Positions 11,900 through 23,184 of a stretch of DNA of 64,000 bases are shown here, one piece after another. The translations under genes were made by a program, and so were the position numbers. This DNA is from Anthoceros angustus (Eukaryota > Plantae > Anthocerotophyta): contig MU008165.1 in NCBI GenBank assembly GCA_010909165.1, positions 2,046,001 to 2,110,000 of the forward strand, read 5' to 3'. Under the pieces are notes generated by a model. It saw nothing but the letters and a program-made list of their open reading frames with translations, made no database searches and was not told where the DNA came from. Each line of letters begins with the position of its first letter. Positions within the stretch are counted from its first letter, which is position 1.

Positions 11900-12449
11900 T
11901 TCGCCAAGATCTTTAGCGCATGCTTGGAAATTCTCACTACTTCTTGGGCCGAGAATGCTGGAATCAGAGCACAGGGCCAAGCTGGGTTTCGTCCGGAGCG
12001 GAATACTCAGGGTAATCTTTTCACTCTCATTGCTATTATTAAGGAGGCCAAGAGCAAGCGGAGGGACGATCGACATGTTTATGTCTGTTTTGTTGATTTC
12101 AATGAGCTTCGTCTATCTCCCGAGAAATATTTGCCCGGTTTCATAGGTTGGGGTTGCCTACTCATCTTTTACATGCCATCTGGGTTCTCTATGAAAAGGT
12201 GAAGGCCAAGATCCACTCTTCTGTTGCTTTGACCTTTTGGATTTTGCTTTGCAATTTGGAGACGTTAGAGATCCATCTTCTCCCAACTTATTTGGCTTGT
12301 TCGTTGATGACCTGGAGTCTTGGATTGCGGAGTCTGGGGACCCCGGCTGCCTCCTCTCCTTGGTATATGTAGCTATTCTCCTGTATGCAGATGACATTGC
12401 TCTTTTGTCCCATTCTCCTGAGGGCCTCCAACAGCAACTAGACACATTG
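11900..12449 (+). pseudogene. LINE ORF2 continuation: reverse transcriptase core
   Basis: RAQGQAGFRPERNTQGNLFTL, VYVCFVDF, SPNLFGLFVDDL, ILLYADDIALLSHSPEGLQQQLD. Confidence 0.95.
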
Positions 12450-12857
12450 TGTGGTGGGAGGTTCCCGGGACCCCCGGAACCCTCAGCCCTGTAGCGGCCA
12501 CACTTATCCCACTGTCGGTTCGTACATTAGGTTTCGTTCCCACGAAGGAGTGGGGGAGCCCTTCCCGCGGATGGAGGTGCGCCCTCACGGACCTCTCACT
12601 CCCGTGCAGGCGCCGACTAAGCGCCTCCTACCGGGCGCCACAGGTGACCCACCCTCGGTAAGTCACACTACCCTCGCGCGATGACTCGTCGGCGGACCTC
12701 GTCATGAGAGGCACCGCCAATGCGTGGCGACCTTGGGACCCCAAATCACCGTCTGATGGGCAATCCTCCCACCAGCAGTTCCTACACTCCCTAAGACCCT
12801 TCTCTGACAAATTTGGGGCCGCCCCTCAAGCTCTTGTCCACGACCCTTGAAATTTCA

Positions 12858-13085
12858 CCTTCCCTCTCTTTTCTAGGTTTCTTCCTCCTCTCTTCTCTTT
12901 TTGTCTTTTCTCTTTTCTCTCTTGCTCCTTCCTTCTCCTCTCTTGCTCCCTATCCTCTCTAGCTCCTCTCTCGTCCTCTCTCGCTCTCACTCTCTCGCTC
13001 TCTCGCTCTCTCTCTTTTCTTTTCTCTTTTCTCTTTTCTCCTCTCTTCTCCTCTCTTCTCTAATCTACCTCTTCCACTCTTCCTA
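12858..13085 (+). repeat. CT-rich low-complexity tract (GA-rich on the element's sense strand, in R/U5)
   Basis: Almost pure C/T for ~230 bp. Confidence 0.9.
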
Positions 13086-13414
13086 GCTAACTTCTGCCAC
13101 AGGCGCCCTCACAGCCTCCCAGGCCTCGAGATCATAGGGCATTGCCCTCACGGACCTAGGCGGACATTTGGCTGCAAGTGGCGTCCGCGTCTTTGGATTT
13201 TGCTAGGGGTCTTCCTTACCGATCAGCCATGCCGTCACTGCAACCACAATGCGCTCCTCACGCTCGAGCTACCCGGCTACCTCCGGAAAGAAAGGTTTGG
13301 GCCGCCCTCACCACAGTCACCGCACCTCAAGACCCTACCGGACACCATGCACCCTCACACGGTCGGCCGCGCTTGTGTAGCAAGACAAGCACACAGTCGG
13401 AGAGCAAGGCATGA

Positions 13415-13456
13415 CATTTTATTATGGGAGCTCCTCCCCTCTTATAGGAGCTCCCC
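13415..13456 (-). promoter_or_regulatory. Putative LTR TATA box (CTCCTATAAGAGG) followed by AATAAA
   Basis: The minus strand reads GGAGCTCCTATAAGAGGGGAGGAGCTCCCATAATAAAATG. The TATA motif is conserved with 6161-6184. Confidence 0.6.
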
Positions 13457-13599
13457 AAACCCTAGCATTAATTAAGTCGGTGGGGTAGGTGGGGTTGCTT
13501 ACGGTTTTAAGTAGGTGGCCTCTTAAAGGTTCTTAACCTACCTCCTAACAATCCCACTAACCCCTAGGGGTCTTAATGACCCATTCACTCCCCTACCAA

Positions 13600-16500
13600 C
13601 TATCGCCTACTTCTTCTTGGCGTTGGCATGGCGGGCGCCCAACCACCGTCTTCCTCCTCTTGGCTTGGGGGTGTCCCCGTCTCTTCACTCGTCGTCATGA
13701 CGGGAACCTCCACACTGTCTCGGCGATGTTGATGAGGCGGTGGGCACGCCACCCCTCTTGCAGGCGCTCTTGTAGAGGCACCGGCCTCTCTGTAGCCATC
13801 CGCATCCCGCAATTACCTCAGGCGGTTGGGTGTTGGTGCTCTGTCTGCCGCCAGACCCCACCAACTCTCGGCTGGAAATCTCTTCCTCTTCCATTGGCTC
13901 CTCCCACATTGAGCCTTACGCATCCATTTCACTCTCCAAGTCCCGAATCTCCGAGGTGAGGGTGCAATTCTTCAAAATCTCCACATCGTCATCGTGGGGA
14001 CCCAACAACTTCCTTGTCAACAAGGCATCTCCTTGGCAAACTTGTTGACCCTAGCATGTAAGTGGACTGCATCTCACGGCCCTTCAAACAAATCTCATCA
14101 AATTCCTCGGGCCACTCTCACGAGGCTATCTTACCATAGCGCATCCCTCTCAAGCGTCACCTCACTCAAGCAGGCGTAAGTGACATTCTCGGCATCTCTC
14201 TTCCATGCCTCCGGTATCCCTTGCGCCATGCATAATCGGCTGGGCGTTGCTTCTGACGACGGCATGCGATGCATCATTTTCCTCGGTGGGCTACCTCTTC
14301 CTTCCACCGTTGGTCGACCTCCGTTGCTTGCTTTGGAGCTCCTCACGCTCCTTGCTCCATGTGGCTGTCCTTCCTCCGGCTCCTTGAGCTTGGCCTCGAT
14401 TCTTCATTCTTGGCTTGCGGCCTCGGCCTCCCAGGGGCAGTCTTGATCGTCCCTATTCTCTTCTTCTCGGCTGAAGGCGAGAAATTCTTCGCTCCTTCCC
14501 ACGGACAGTCTCCTCAATCTTACGATTGAGGTAGCCACTTCCTTCATTCGCTCCCTACTTTCTTGTCTCGACCTTTGTTCTTCAATCTTGAGCCCCAACC
14601 TTCTCTCCAGTCAACTAGGCCCTTGCGCCATCTCCTTGATAGCCTTGCTATCCTTCTCCCCACCGATCAGTACTGCCCTCTCGACGCCTCACCTCCAACT
14701 CCTCTACTCGTAAGGCCCGCTTACTAATGGAGTATCAATTAGTCGATGATGGTCAGATCCTTCAAAGCCTTTGTCTTCTCATTCCTCCGGGTCGACAACG
14801 CCTTTCTCTTGGTGAGCGCCTCCACCCCCGATATGGGTGGAACTCCGTGACTCGGTCATCTCACAGGGTGGGTTACATCCACCACCGCTCCATGGGGTTG
14901 CCTCAGACACATGGTGGCACCGCCACCTCTTCCTCTTGTGCCACTGCCTCGGACGACGTGCACTTCTTCCTTCAAGGCCGACGGGGTGGTCTCATCATCC
15001 AAGATCACCACGAGGTGAAGCACTCCTTGCTCCACCTTGGGTTCCTCCTCTGCCTTCTTCACCTTCTTAGGAGAGGGACCCTGTCATCCCTCGGAGGGAC
15101 CACTTCAAGCGGTGGTAAGACTCCTCCGGCTCTTCTTATCGTAACCCATGTGCCCCCACAATTGCACAAGGTAAGTACTCAAATGGTGTCTCCCCACAGA
15201 CGGGCACTCTTCTTCCTTCCTTGGCGTCGGGCGGGGTGGTCTCATCATCCAAGATCACCACACGGGTGAAGCACTCCTTGCTCCACCTTGGGTTCCTCCT
15301 GCCTTCTTCACCTTCTTAGGAGAGGGACCCTGTCACCCCTCGGAGGGACCACTTCAAGCGGTGGTAAGACTCCTCCAGCTCTTCTTGTCGTAACCCATGT
15401 GCCCCCACAAGCTGAGTAAGTACTCAAATGGGTGCCTCGCCCCTCATTATCCACAATGTTTGGCCTCGGACTTGTCTCGGTGATGCTCATATCACAAGAT
15501 GGTTGTCCCCAGTCGGTGAGCTCCTTGCTTCGCCCACATGAAATGAAAGAATGCCTCAAGTAGGTGGTTCACGACCAGTCACCCCAAAACTATCCTTGTA
15601 AAAGCTTCCACTTGAGGTCGACAATCTTATCTGCCCTCCACCGCCTTCGCCTATCCCTCCGATGAGCATGCCGAGAGCTTCCTCGGGAAGGTCGACCACT
15701 GCTCCATGGGGTTGCCTCAGACACATGGTGGCACGCCACCTCTTCCTCTTGTGCCCTTGTCTCCCCACAGACGGGCACTCTTCTTCCTTGGCGTCGGGCG
15801 GGGTGGTCTCATCATCCAAGATCACCACACGGGTGAAGCACTCCTTGCTCCACCTTGGGTTCCTCCTGCCTTCTTCACCTTCTTAGGAGAGGGACCCTGT
15901 CACCCCTCGGAGGGACCACTTCAAGCGGTGGTAAGACTCCTCCAGCTCTTCTTATCGTAACCCATGTGCCCCCACAAGCTGAGTAAGTACTCAAATGGTA
16001 TGCCTCGCCCCTCATTATCCACAATGTTTGGCCTCGTGACTTGTCTCGGTGATGCTCATAGGCCTTGACATGGTTGTCCCCAGTCGGTGAGCTCCTTGCT
16101 TGACTTCCACATGAAAGAATGCCTTCTTGAAGTAGGTGGTTCGTGACGGCGGTCAACCCAAAACTATCCTTGTAAAAGCTTCCACTTGAGGTCGACAATT
16201 CCTTCATTCGCTCCCTACTTTCTTGTCTCGGCCTTTGTTCTTCAATCTTCTTTGAGCCCCAACCTTCTCTCCGGGTCAACTAGGCGCCCTTTGCCAGCGC
16301 CATCTCCTTGATAGCCTTGCTATCCTTCTCCCCACATGGGGCAATCGCTTGGTGTCCTCTGACAGCTCACCTCAACTCCTCTACTTCACCTTAAGGCACT
16401 TCACTAATGGAGTGTCAATTAGGCGAGATGGTCGGCGATCCTTCAAAGCCTTTGTCTTCTCATTCCCCTCACAGGGGTCGACTCGGCCTTTCTCTTGGTG

Positions 16501-19500
16501 GCGGTCTCTCCACTCTGGCCCGATGTTGGGTGGAACTCCGTGACTCGGTCATCTCACAGGGTGGGTTACATCCACCACCACTGCTCCATGGGGTTGCCTC
16601 AGACACATGGTGGCACCGCCACCTCTTCCTCTTGTGCCACTGCCTCGGACGACGTGCACTTCTTCCTTCAAGGCCGACGGGGTGGTCTCATCATCCAAGA
16701 TCACCACGAGGTGAAGCACTCCTTGCTCCACCTTGGGTTCCTCCTCCTTCTTCACCTTCTTAGGAGAGGGACCCTGTCATCCCTCGGAGGGACCACTTCA
16801 AGCGGTGGTAAGACTCCTCCGGCTCTTCTTATCGTAACCCATGTGCCCCCACAATTGCACAAGGTAAGTACTCAAATGGTGTCTCCCCACAGACGGGCAC
16901 TCTTCTTCCTTGGCGTCGGGCGGGGTGGTCTCATCATCCAAGATCACCACACGGGTGAAGCACTCCTTGCTCCACCTTGGGTTCCTCCTGCCTTCTTCAC
17001 CTTCTTAGGAGAGGGACCCTGTCACCCCTCGGAGGGACCACTTCAAGCGGTGGTAAGACTCCTCCAGCTCTTCTTGTCGTAACCCATGTGCCCCCACAAG
17101 CTGAGTAAGTACTCAAATGGGTGCCTCGCCCCTCATTATCCACAATGTTTGGCCTCGGACTTGTCTCGGTGATGCTCATATCACAAGATGGTTGTCCCCA
17201 GCCGAGCTCCTTGCTTCGCCCACATGAAATGAAAGAATGCCTTCTTGAAGTAGGTGGTTCACGACCAGTCACCCCAAAACTATCCTTGTAAAAGCTTCCA
17301 CTTGAGGTCGACAATCTTATCTGCCCTCCACCGCCTTCGCCTATCCCTCCGATGAGCATGCCGAGAGCTTCCTCGGGAAGGTCGACCACTGCTCCATGGG
17401 GTTGCCTCCAGCACATGGTGGCCCGCCACCTCTTCCTCTTGTGCCCTTGTCTCCCCACAGACGGGCACTCTTCTTCCTTGGCGTCGGGCGGGGTGGTCTC
17501 ATCATCCAAGATCACCACACGGGTGAAGCACTCCTTGCTCCACCTTGGGTTCCTCCTGCCTTCTTCACCTTCTTAGGAGAGGGACCCTGTCACCCCTCGG
17601 AGGGACCACTTCAAGCGGTGGTAAGACTCCTCCAGCTCTTCTTGTCGTAACCCATGTGCCCCCACAAGCTGAGTAAGTACTCAAATGGGTGCCTCGCCCC
17701 TCATTATCCACAATGTTTGGCCTCGTGACTTGTCTCGGTGATGCTCATAGGCCTTGACATGGTTGTCCCCAGTCGGTGAGCTCCTTGCTTGACTTCCACA
17801 TGAAAGAATGCCTTTGAAGTAGGTGGTTCGTGACGGCGGTCAACCCAAAACTATCCTTGTAAAAGCTTCCACTTGAGGTCGACAATCTTATCATCCTCCG
17901 GCCATTCAGCGTCTTGGCGTCTATCCCTCCGATGAGCATCTTTGAGCTTCCTCGGGAAGGTCGACCACTGCTCTCTTTCCATCTTCATTCCTCCGTGGGA
18001 GCCACACCATCACTCTCCTCGGCCTCCCAGGGCGTCTTCATCCCTATTCTCTTCTTCTCGGCTGAAGAGTGAGTCTTGCCGCTCCTTCCCACCAGACGGT
18101 CTCCTCAATTTTACGGTTGAGGTAGCCACTTCCTTCATTCGCTCCCTACTTTCTTGTCTCGGCCTTTGTTCTTCAATCTTCTTTGAGCCCCAACCTTCTC
18201 TCCGGGTCAACTAGGCGCCCTTTGCCAGCGCCATCTCCTTGATAGCCTTGCTATCCTTCTCCCCACATGGGGCAATCGCTTGGTGTCCTCTGACAGCTCA
18301 CCTCAACTCCTCTACTTCACCTTAAGGCACTTCACTAATGGAGTGTCAATTAGGCGAGATGGTCGGCGATCCTTCAAAGCCTTTGTCTTCTCATTCCCCT
18401 CACAGGGGTCGACTCGGCCTTTCTCTTGGTGGCGGTCTCTCCACTCTGGCCCGATGTTGGGTGGAACTCCTGACTCGGTCATCTCACAGGGTGGGTTACA
18501 TCCACCACCACTGCTCCATGGGGTTGCCTCCTGTACACATGGTGGCACCACCTCTTCCTCTTGTGCCCTTGTCTCCCCACAGGGACAGGCACTTCTCCTT
18601 CCTTGGCGTCGGGCAGGGGTGGTCTCATCATCCAAGATCACCACGAGGTGAAGCACTCCTTGCTCCACCTTGGGTTCCTCCTCTGCCTTCTTCACCTTCT
18701 TAGGAGAGGGACCCTGTCTCCCTCGGAGGGACCACTTCAAGAATGGTAAGACTCCTCCAGCTCTTCTTCGGTAACCCATGTGCCCCCCACAATTGCACAA
18801 GGTAAGTACTCAAATGGCTATGCCTCGCCCCCTCATTATCCACAATGTTTGGCCTCGACTTGTCTCGGTGATGCTCATAGGCCCGACATGGTTGTCCCCA
18901 GTCGGTGAGCTCCTTGACTTCCACATGAAATGAAAGAATGCCTGAAGTAGGTGGTTGAGAGTCAAAAACTATCCTTGTAAAAGCTTCCACTTGAGGTCGA
19001 CAATCTTATCATCCTCCGGCCATTCAGCGTCTTGGCGTCTATCCCTCCGATGAGCATCTTTGAGCTTCCTCGGGAAGGTCGACCACCGCTCTTTCCATCT
19101 TCATTCCTCTCGTGGGAGCCACCATCACTCTCGGTTTCGGCCTCCCATACACCTTCGAATGTGCCGATACCCATCCTTCGGATCCGCCCGCACGTTCCTC
19201 TCCGTCAGTCTCTGTTTCTCCCTCGGAGGGACCACTTCAAGCGGTGGTAAGACTCAACCAATTCCACATTAGAATAGGCCCAATGCCTATCGTAAACCCT
19301 TTGGGCTGCACATTTTTTCGGACCGTCGAAAATCCCATAAGTCTCTGGAGGAGACTTGCTGAAAACACAAAATCCCGGCCCCTCCTTCTCGGATCCTTCT
19401 CGGGCTTCTCCTTCACGCTTTTCTTCTTCTCCTTTGCTGACAGGTTCGCTCCCTCCTTGCTGCTGGACGCCTTGCGCACTCCTCCGGGGCATTGCGTCTT

Positions 19501-20260
19501 CATCTCCGCCATATACAGGTCTAACTTCTCCAAAATCCTCCTTTTATACTCGGTCTTTCTCCTCTTTCGATCTTCCTCTAAAAAATCTAGCTAAGTGTTT
19601 CTTCAGGTCTGTCCTCGAGGCCCGCCTCCTGCTGATCCTAGTCCTCCGATAAATGAGCTAAACGCTCCCCTCTGCCCACATATATAGGGTGAGGAGGATT
19701 TTCCACACCCAAAGGCCAAGGACGAAATTTCCCTGTCAAGGCCAAGGACCCCCTTGATACGTTGGAATTCCTCAACCACGAAGGCCAAGGACGAAATTCT
19801 CCTCAGCGCCAAGATTTTCCCAAGGCTATATATGCTTGCATGCGCCTCCTTGGTGCGCCTCTTCCTCCTCTCGCGCGCTGTCACACCATCACTCTCCTCG
19901 GCCTCCCATACACCTTCGAATGTCTTTGGGCGGTCCATCCCTTCGGATCCGCCCGCACGTTCCTCTCCGTCAGTCCTCTGCTTCTCCGCTCCGAGCCGTC
20001 AGAGCAAGACTCAACCAATTCCACATTAGAATAGGCCCAATGCCTATCGTGAAACCCACTGAGTATTGGCCGAGCCCATCGAAAATCCCATAAGTCTCGG
20101 AGGAGACTTGCACAAACACAAAATCCCGGCCCCTCCTTCTCGGCGATCCTTCTGCTTCTCCTTCACCGCTTTTCTTCTTCTTCTCCTTCGTGTGCGCCCC
20201 TCCTTGCCGGGCTGGACGCCTTGCGCACTCCTCCGGGGCATTGCGTCTTCATCTCCGCTT
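13600..20260 (-). pseudogene. LTR-embedded accessory gene (frameshifted, internally duplicated), probable distant homologue of the solo-LTR gene
   Basis: N-terminus MEKLDLYMAEMKTQCPGG (19533, repeated at ~20250). Core RADPKDGYRHIRRC...KELTDWGQP...HLSTYLVQLWGAHGL...EESYHRLKW, followed by an acidic/coiled-coil tail. CCTATATAT upstream at ~19680-19689 and ~20399-20407. Confidence 0.65.
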
Positions 20261-20590
20261 CCGCATCCTTCTCAAAAATCCTCCTCACTATGCCTCTCCT
20301 GATCTCCTCTCAAAAATCCAGCTAAGTTTTCGTCCTCCGGTGCTCTCCCCCGTCCTAGTCCTCTCCCGACCAACTCAAATGAGCTAAACGCCTCTACATA
20401 TATAGGGTGAGGAGGATTTTCCACACCCAAAGGCCAAGGACAAAAATTTCCCTGTCCAGGCCAAGGACCTTTCCTTCAAGAAACGTTAGAATTCCTCAAC
20501 CACGAAGGCCAAGGAAAAATTCTCCTGCCACCGCGCCAAGGATTTTCTCTATATATGCTTGCATGCGCCTCCTTGGTCGGCGCCTCTTCC
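14440..20590. repeat. Complex nested tandem duplications within the LTR (periods ~0.25, 0.57, 0.76 and 1.7-1.9 kb)
   Basis: CCTTCATTCGCTCCCTACTTTC at 14541, 16201 and ~18133. GGTCTCATCATCCAAGATCACCAC occurs seven times. GGCCTCCCATACACCTTCGAATGT at 19139 and 19900. Confidence 0.9.
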
Positions 20591-21054
20591 TCCTCCCTCG
20601 CTCTGGCTCCTGGCCACCACCTTCAACCTCTCGCGCTGTCATGCGGAATTGCCTTTGTATAACCAGACCTCTTCGCGTCTTCGGTGGAGTAAACTTACTC
20701 CATGCATTTTATGCGGGGGCGTGACTGGCGCCGCCGCCACTGGGCCGGCACCAACCCTCCTTTCTGCGGTTCGGCCTTGCGAACCTCCCGTGTAAATTCT
20801 TCCAACTTCCGGACCTCCGTGGGACCTCCGTCCTTTCTAACCGTTGGACCCGTTTTGAATCCGTTTTCCTCCTTTACATCATCGGTCGGGGCGCAAATCT
20901 GTCCGCTTCTCCATGTGCCACTCTTGTTCTTTGTCTTCCGTCAATGATACATTGGTGAAAAAGAAAAAAAAGAAAAATAAAACCTAACTAATATGAACAA
21001 AACTAAGAGGCATCCGCCCTCTTCTGCCGTGGACCCAAAATTTGGCGTTCCACA

Positions 21055-21068
21055 TGCCCCCCCTTCCA
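21055..21068 (-). other. Polypurine tract
   Basis: The minus strand reads GGAAGGGGGGGCA immediately before TGTGGAACG, ~30 bp after the integrase stop. Confidence 0.88.
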
Positions 21069-21098
21069 CTTGTTTGCGTCCACCGCAAACAACAGGAC

Positions 21099-22170
21099 TC
21101 AAAAATACTTCTTGACCTTCCGACCATTCACTCGCGTTAGCGAGGTCTCCATCCAAGACTCGCGGTGAACAGACCCATTCTCATACACCTCCTCAACCTT
21201 GTAGGGTCCCATCCACCTCAATCTCAACTTTCCTGGAAAATCTAAGTATCGGCTGTCATACAGCAACACCAAATCTCCAGCCACAATCACTTCTCTCTTT
21301 CGAAGCTTCCCGTCATGTCGATGCTTCCGTTGTTCTTGGATCTTGTAGGTCTCCTCAAGTGCCTCTTCTCGGTCCTCCTCATAAGTCGCGAAAGCCTCCA
21401 ATCGTATTTGTTTGTTGTCCTCCACAGTCATCCTTACGTCCTCCATGATTCGATGTGTTGGAATCTCAAACTCAATTGGTAACACTTGGTGACATCCGTA
21501 GGTCGGATAGTAGGCGTTCGTTTCGTGGTTACCTTCTCGGTATCGATATGCCCAAAGTCTTTGAATGAAGCTTCGTGTCGATCATACATGTGTGTGGATC
21601 ACCTTAGTCAAAATGGTACCCGACAATCCGTTGGTCTTCTCGTGAGGCCATTTGCCTTGGGTTGTAAGGCGTTGTCTTGCGGTGTCGTATGTTGAAGTAG
21701 CTGGTCAGCGACTCAATGTGATGTTCAAGTGAGTTCCTCGGTCACTCACCAACTCAAGGACAACCATACGTGTGATGATGTTCTCAAACAAAAATTTTAC
21801 GCATTGTCGGGCGTCATCCTTCCTATGCCTCGCCTCTACCATCTTGGTGCGATGTCGGTGGCCACCAATATGTATTGCTTAGTCCACGGTAGGTGGGCGA
21901 ATCGGCCAACAAAGTCGATTCCCACTTCTCAAAAGGAGCGAGTGGCGAATGTAGGTCGATGGCCCTTTGTGTGACGATGTCGGCCTCCCTACGGCCCGGC
22001 GCGCATCTCCTAATAGAATCCCAAACATCACGTTGCATGGTAGTCCACCAAAAGCCTGTATCCAAAATCTTCTTAATCGTGACCTGCACCGAGTAATGAC
22101 CTCCTGCCTCCTCCGCATGTAAAGCCTCAATCACTAAAACTGCCTCTCCAGGCTCCAGACACCTTCGTAT
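21099..22170 (-). pseudogene. Ty3/gypsy integrase (zinc-binding domain, DDE core, GPY motif, no chromodomain)
   Basis: LHAEEAGGHYS...ILDTGFWWTTMQRDV...C; PFEKW-IDFVG; YILVATD; LVSDRGTH; TTPYNPKANG; LPIEFEIPT; GDLVLLYDSR...GKLRLRWMGPYKV...NGSV...VNGRKVKKYF. Confidence 0.95.
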
Positions 22171-22171
22171 T

Positions 22172-22463
22172 CAAAGGGACAATGACCATGAGCTAGACAA
22201 TGCATTATCTAAACTTGCAGTTGACAAGAAGACTCTGGAAGATGCGGCTTGGGGATTGGAGTGCGAAGGAAACACGTTGCGTCAGAACCTGGAGGCAGAG
22301 CAGGAGAAAAAAGCGTGCTTGATCTGCTATGTGAAGCCTAGGAACACCGTCGTCCTTCCTTGCTTGCATTTTATGTTTTGCAACTTGCATTGACTGTGAG
22401 TTGGGATCTCTGTGTCCTATTTGCAGGCCCCATCCTTGGGTATATAGTGTGAATGTGCTTTAG
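22172..22463 (+). pseudogene. 3' part of a coiled-coil plus C-terminal RING-HC (IAP/BOI-type) E3 ligase-like gene
   Basis: Manual translation: NTLRQNLEAEQEKKACLICYVKPRNTVVLPCLHFMFCN, frameshift, then CPICR. Not in the ORF track. Its 5' end is cut at the integrase junction. Confidence 0.85.
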
Positions 22464-22484
22464 CTCCAATGCTATTGTTGCTGT

Positions 22485-22826
22485 CTATTTTAAACCTTTC
22501 AACTGGGCCTTGGTGTACGCTATGGGCGAGTTGCTAAGAATAATGTACGGGCATGCAATACACTTTTTGTATGGCGAGACCTTAGCAATTGGCGAGGACA
22601 TAGCATTAACAATGTACTTTTGAGGTTTAAAGGGCCTTTCTATAAGAAAAGCAGCCTTTAATTGTACCCTAAGCTTTGGTTCTTGTATGGAGCTATGGCT
22701 CTTTGTTCCAACAAAGGCATCTCTTGGTTGGTTGGTTGAGGTTCGGATCTGCTTCTCCACTTCTCGCTCTATTTGTAAGAAAAGGTATCCCACGTACGAG
22801 TGGAGAGGTGTGATGTAGAGGCGCAA
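22485..22826 (-). CDS. Hypothetical ORF fragment in the RING block
   Basis: 113-codon open frame with no recognisable motif; may be spurious. Confidence 0.2.
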   Translation of the reverse strand: MRLYITPLHSYVGYLFLQIEREVEKQIRTSTNQPRDAFVGTKSHSSIQEPKLRVQLKAAFLIERPFKPQKYIVNAMSSPIAKVSPYKKCIACPYIILSNSPIAYTKAQLKGLK

Positions 22827-23184
22827 GTCTGAACAGTTGCTGGCATGGTGGAGAGCTCCCCTCCAGCGCTATCGCCACCATGCTTAAACAAAAAGACACT
22901 TTCAAAAACGAGCCCGCGTAGGAAGAAATGCCAGCCATTTCTTACGCCAAATAGACAACATTTATAAGAACGTGGTTACTAAGCATCTTGTGCTTCGATC
23001 GATACTTAGATGGGGTGTCTAGAGGGAGTGGATACCCTTGGTGCGAATAGCTGAGGCACACTATAGTACAAGTTGTTAAGAACCAAGTCCTATTATAGGA
23101 AAATTCAATCAAGTGGACTATAATAGACAAAAAGCTAGGTAAAGATTTAGAATCACCCACCTTAGTAGAAAAAGGGACCCACAC

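Larger units (their letters stand above)
2500..12449 (+). mobile_element. Non-LTR retrotransposon (LINE; RTE/RTEX-like ORF2), interrupted by a solo LTR and truncated by a second LTR insertion
   Basis: ORF1, APE and RT motifs are collinear. The RT frame reads MVESIFA|KIFSACLE across the 5337-11899 insertion. The 5' boundary is approximate, and the 3' end is not in the window. Confidence 0.93.
12450..21054 (-). repeat. 3' LTR, 8.6 kb as assembled (inflated by internal duplications)
   Basis: TGTGG at 12450 and CGTTCCACA ending at 21054. Shares TAGCGGCCACACTTATCCCACTGTCG (12492 vs 5380) and CCCAAANTTTNNCGTTCCACA with the solo LTR. Confidence 0.88.
12450..22170 (-). mobile_element. Non-chromoviral Ty3/gypsy element (Athila/Tat-like): integrase, PPT and giant 3' LTR; 5' part missing
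   Basis: On the minus strand the order is integrase, PPT, then TGTGG...CCACA. Inserted in the LINE RT after CATTG, the predicted TSD; its partner is not in the window. Confidence 0.9.

Noticed and set aside
1-20590. Internal LTR duplications as biological domain expansions
   Set aside because: All three LTR-type segments show head-to-tail duplications whose copies differ mainly by indels, as expected from unmerged noisy read overlaps. Not accepted without read support. The LTRs remain several kb long even after collapsing them.
5500-21000. Numerous plus-strand S/P/L-rich ORFs in the ORF track, including 12901-13086 and 10072-10806
   Set aside because: They are antisense shadows of purine-rich minus-strand coding, or low-complexity tracts; many use GTG/TTG starts that mean little in a eukaryote.
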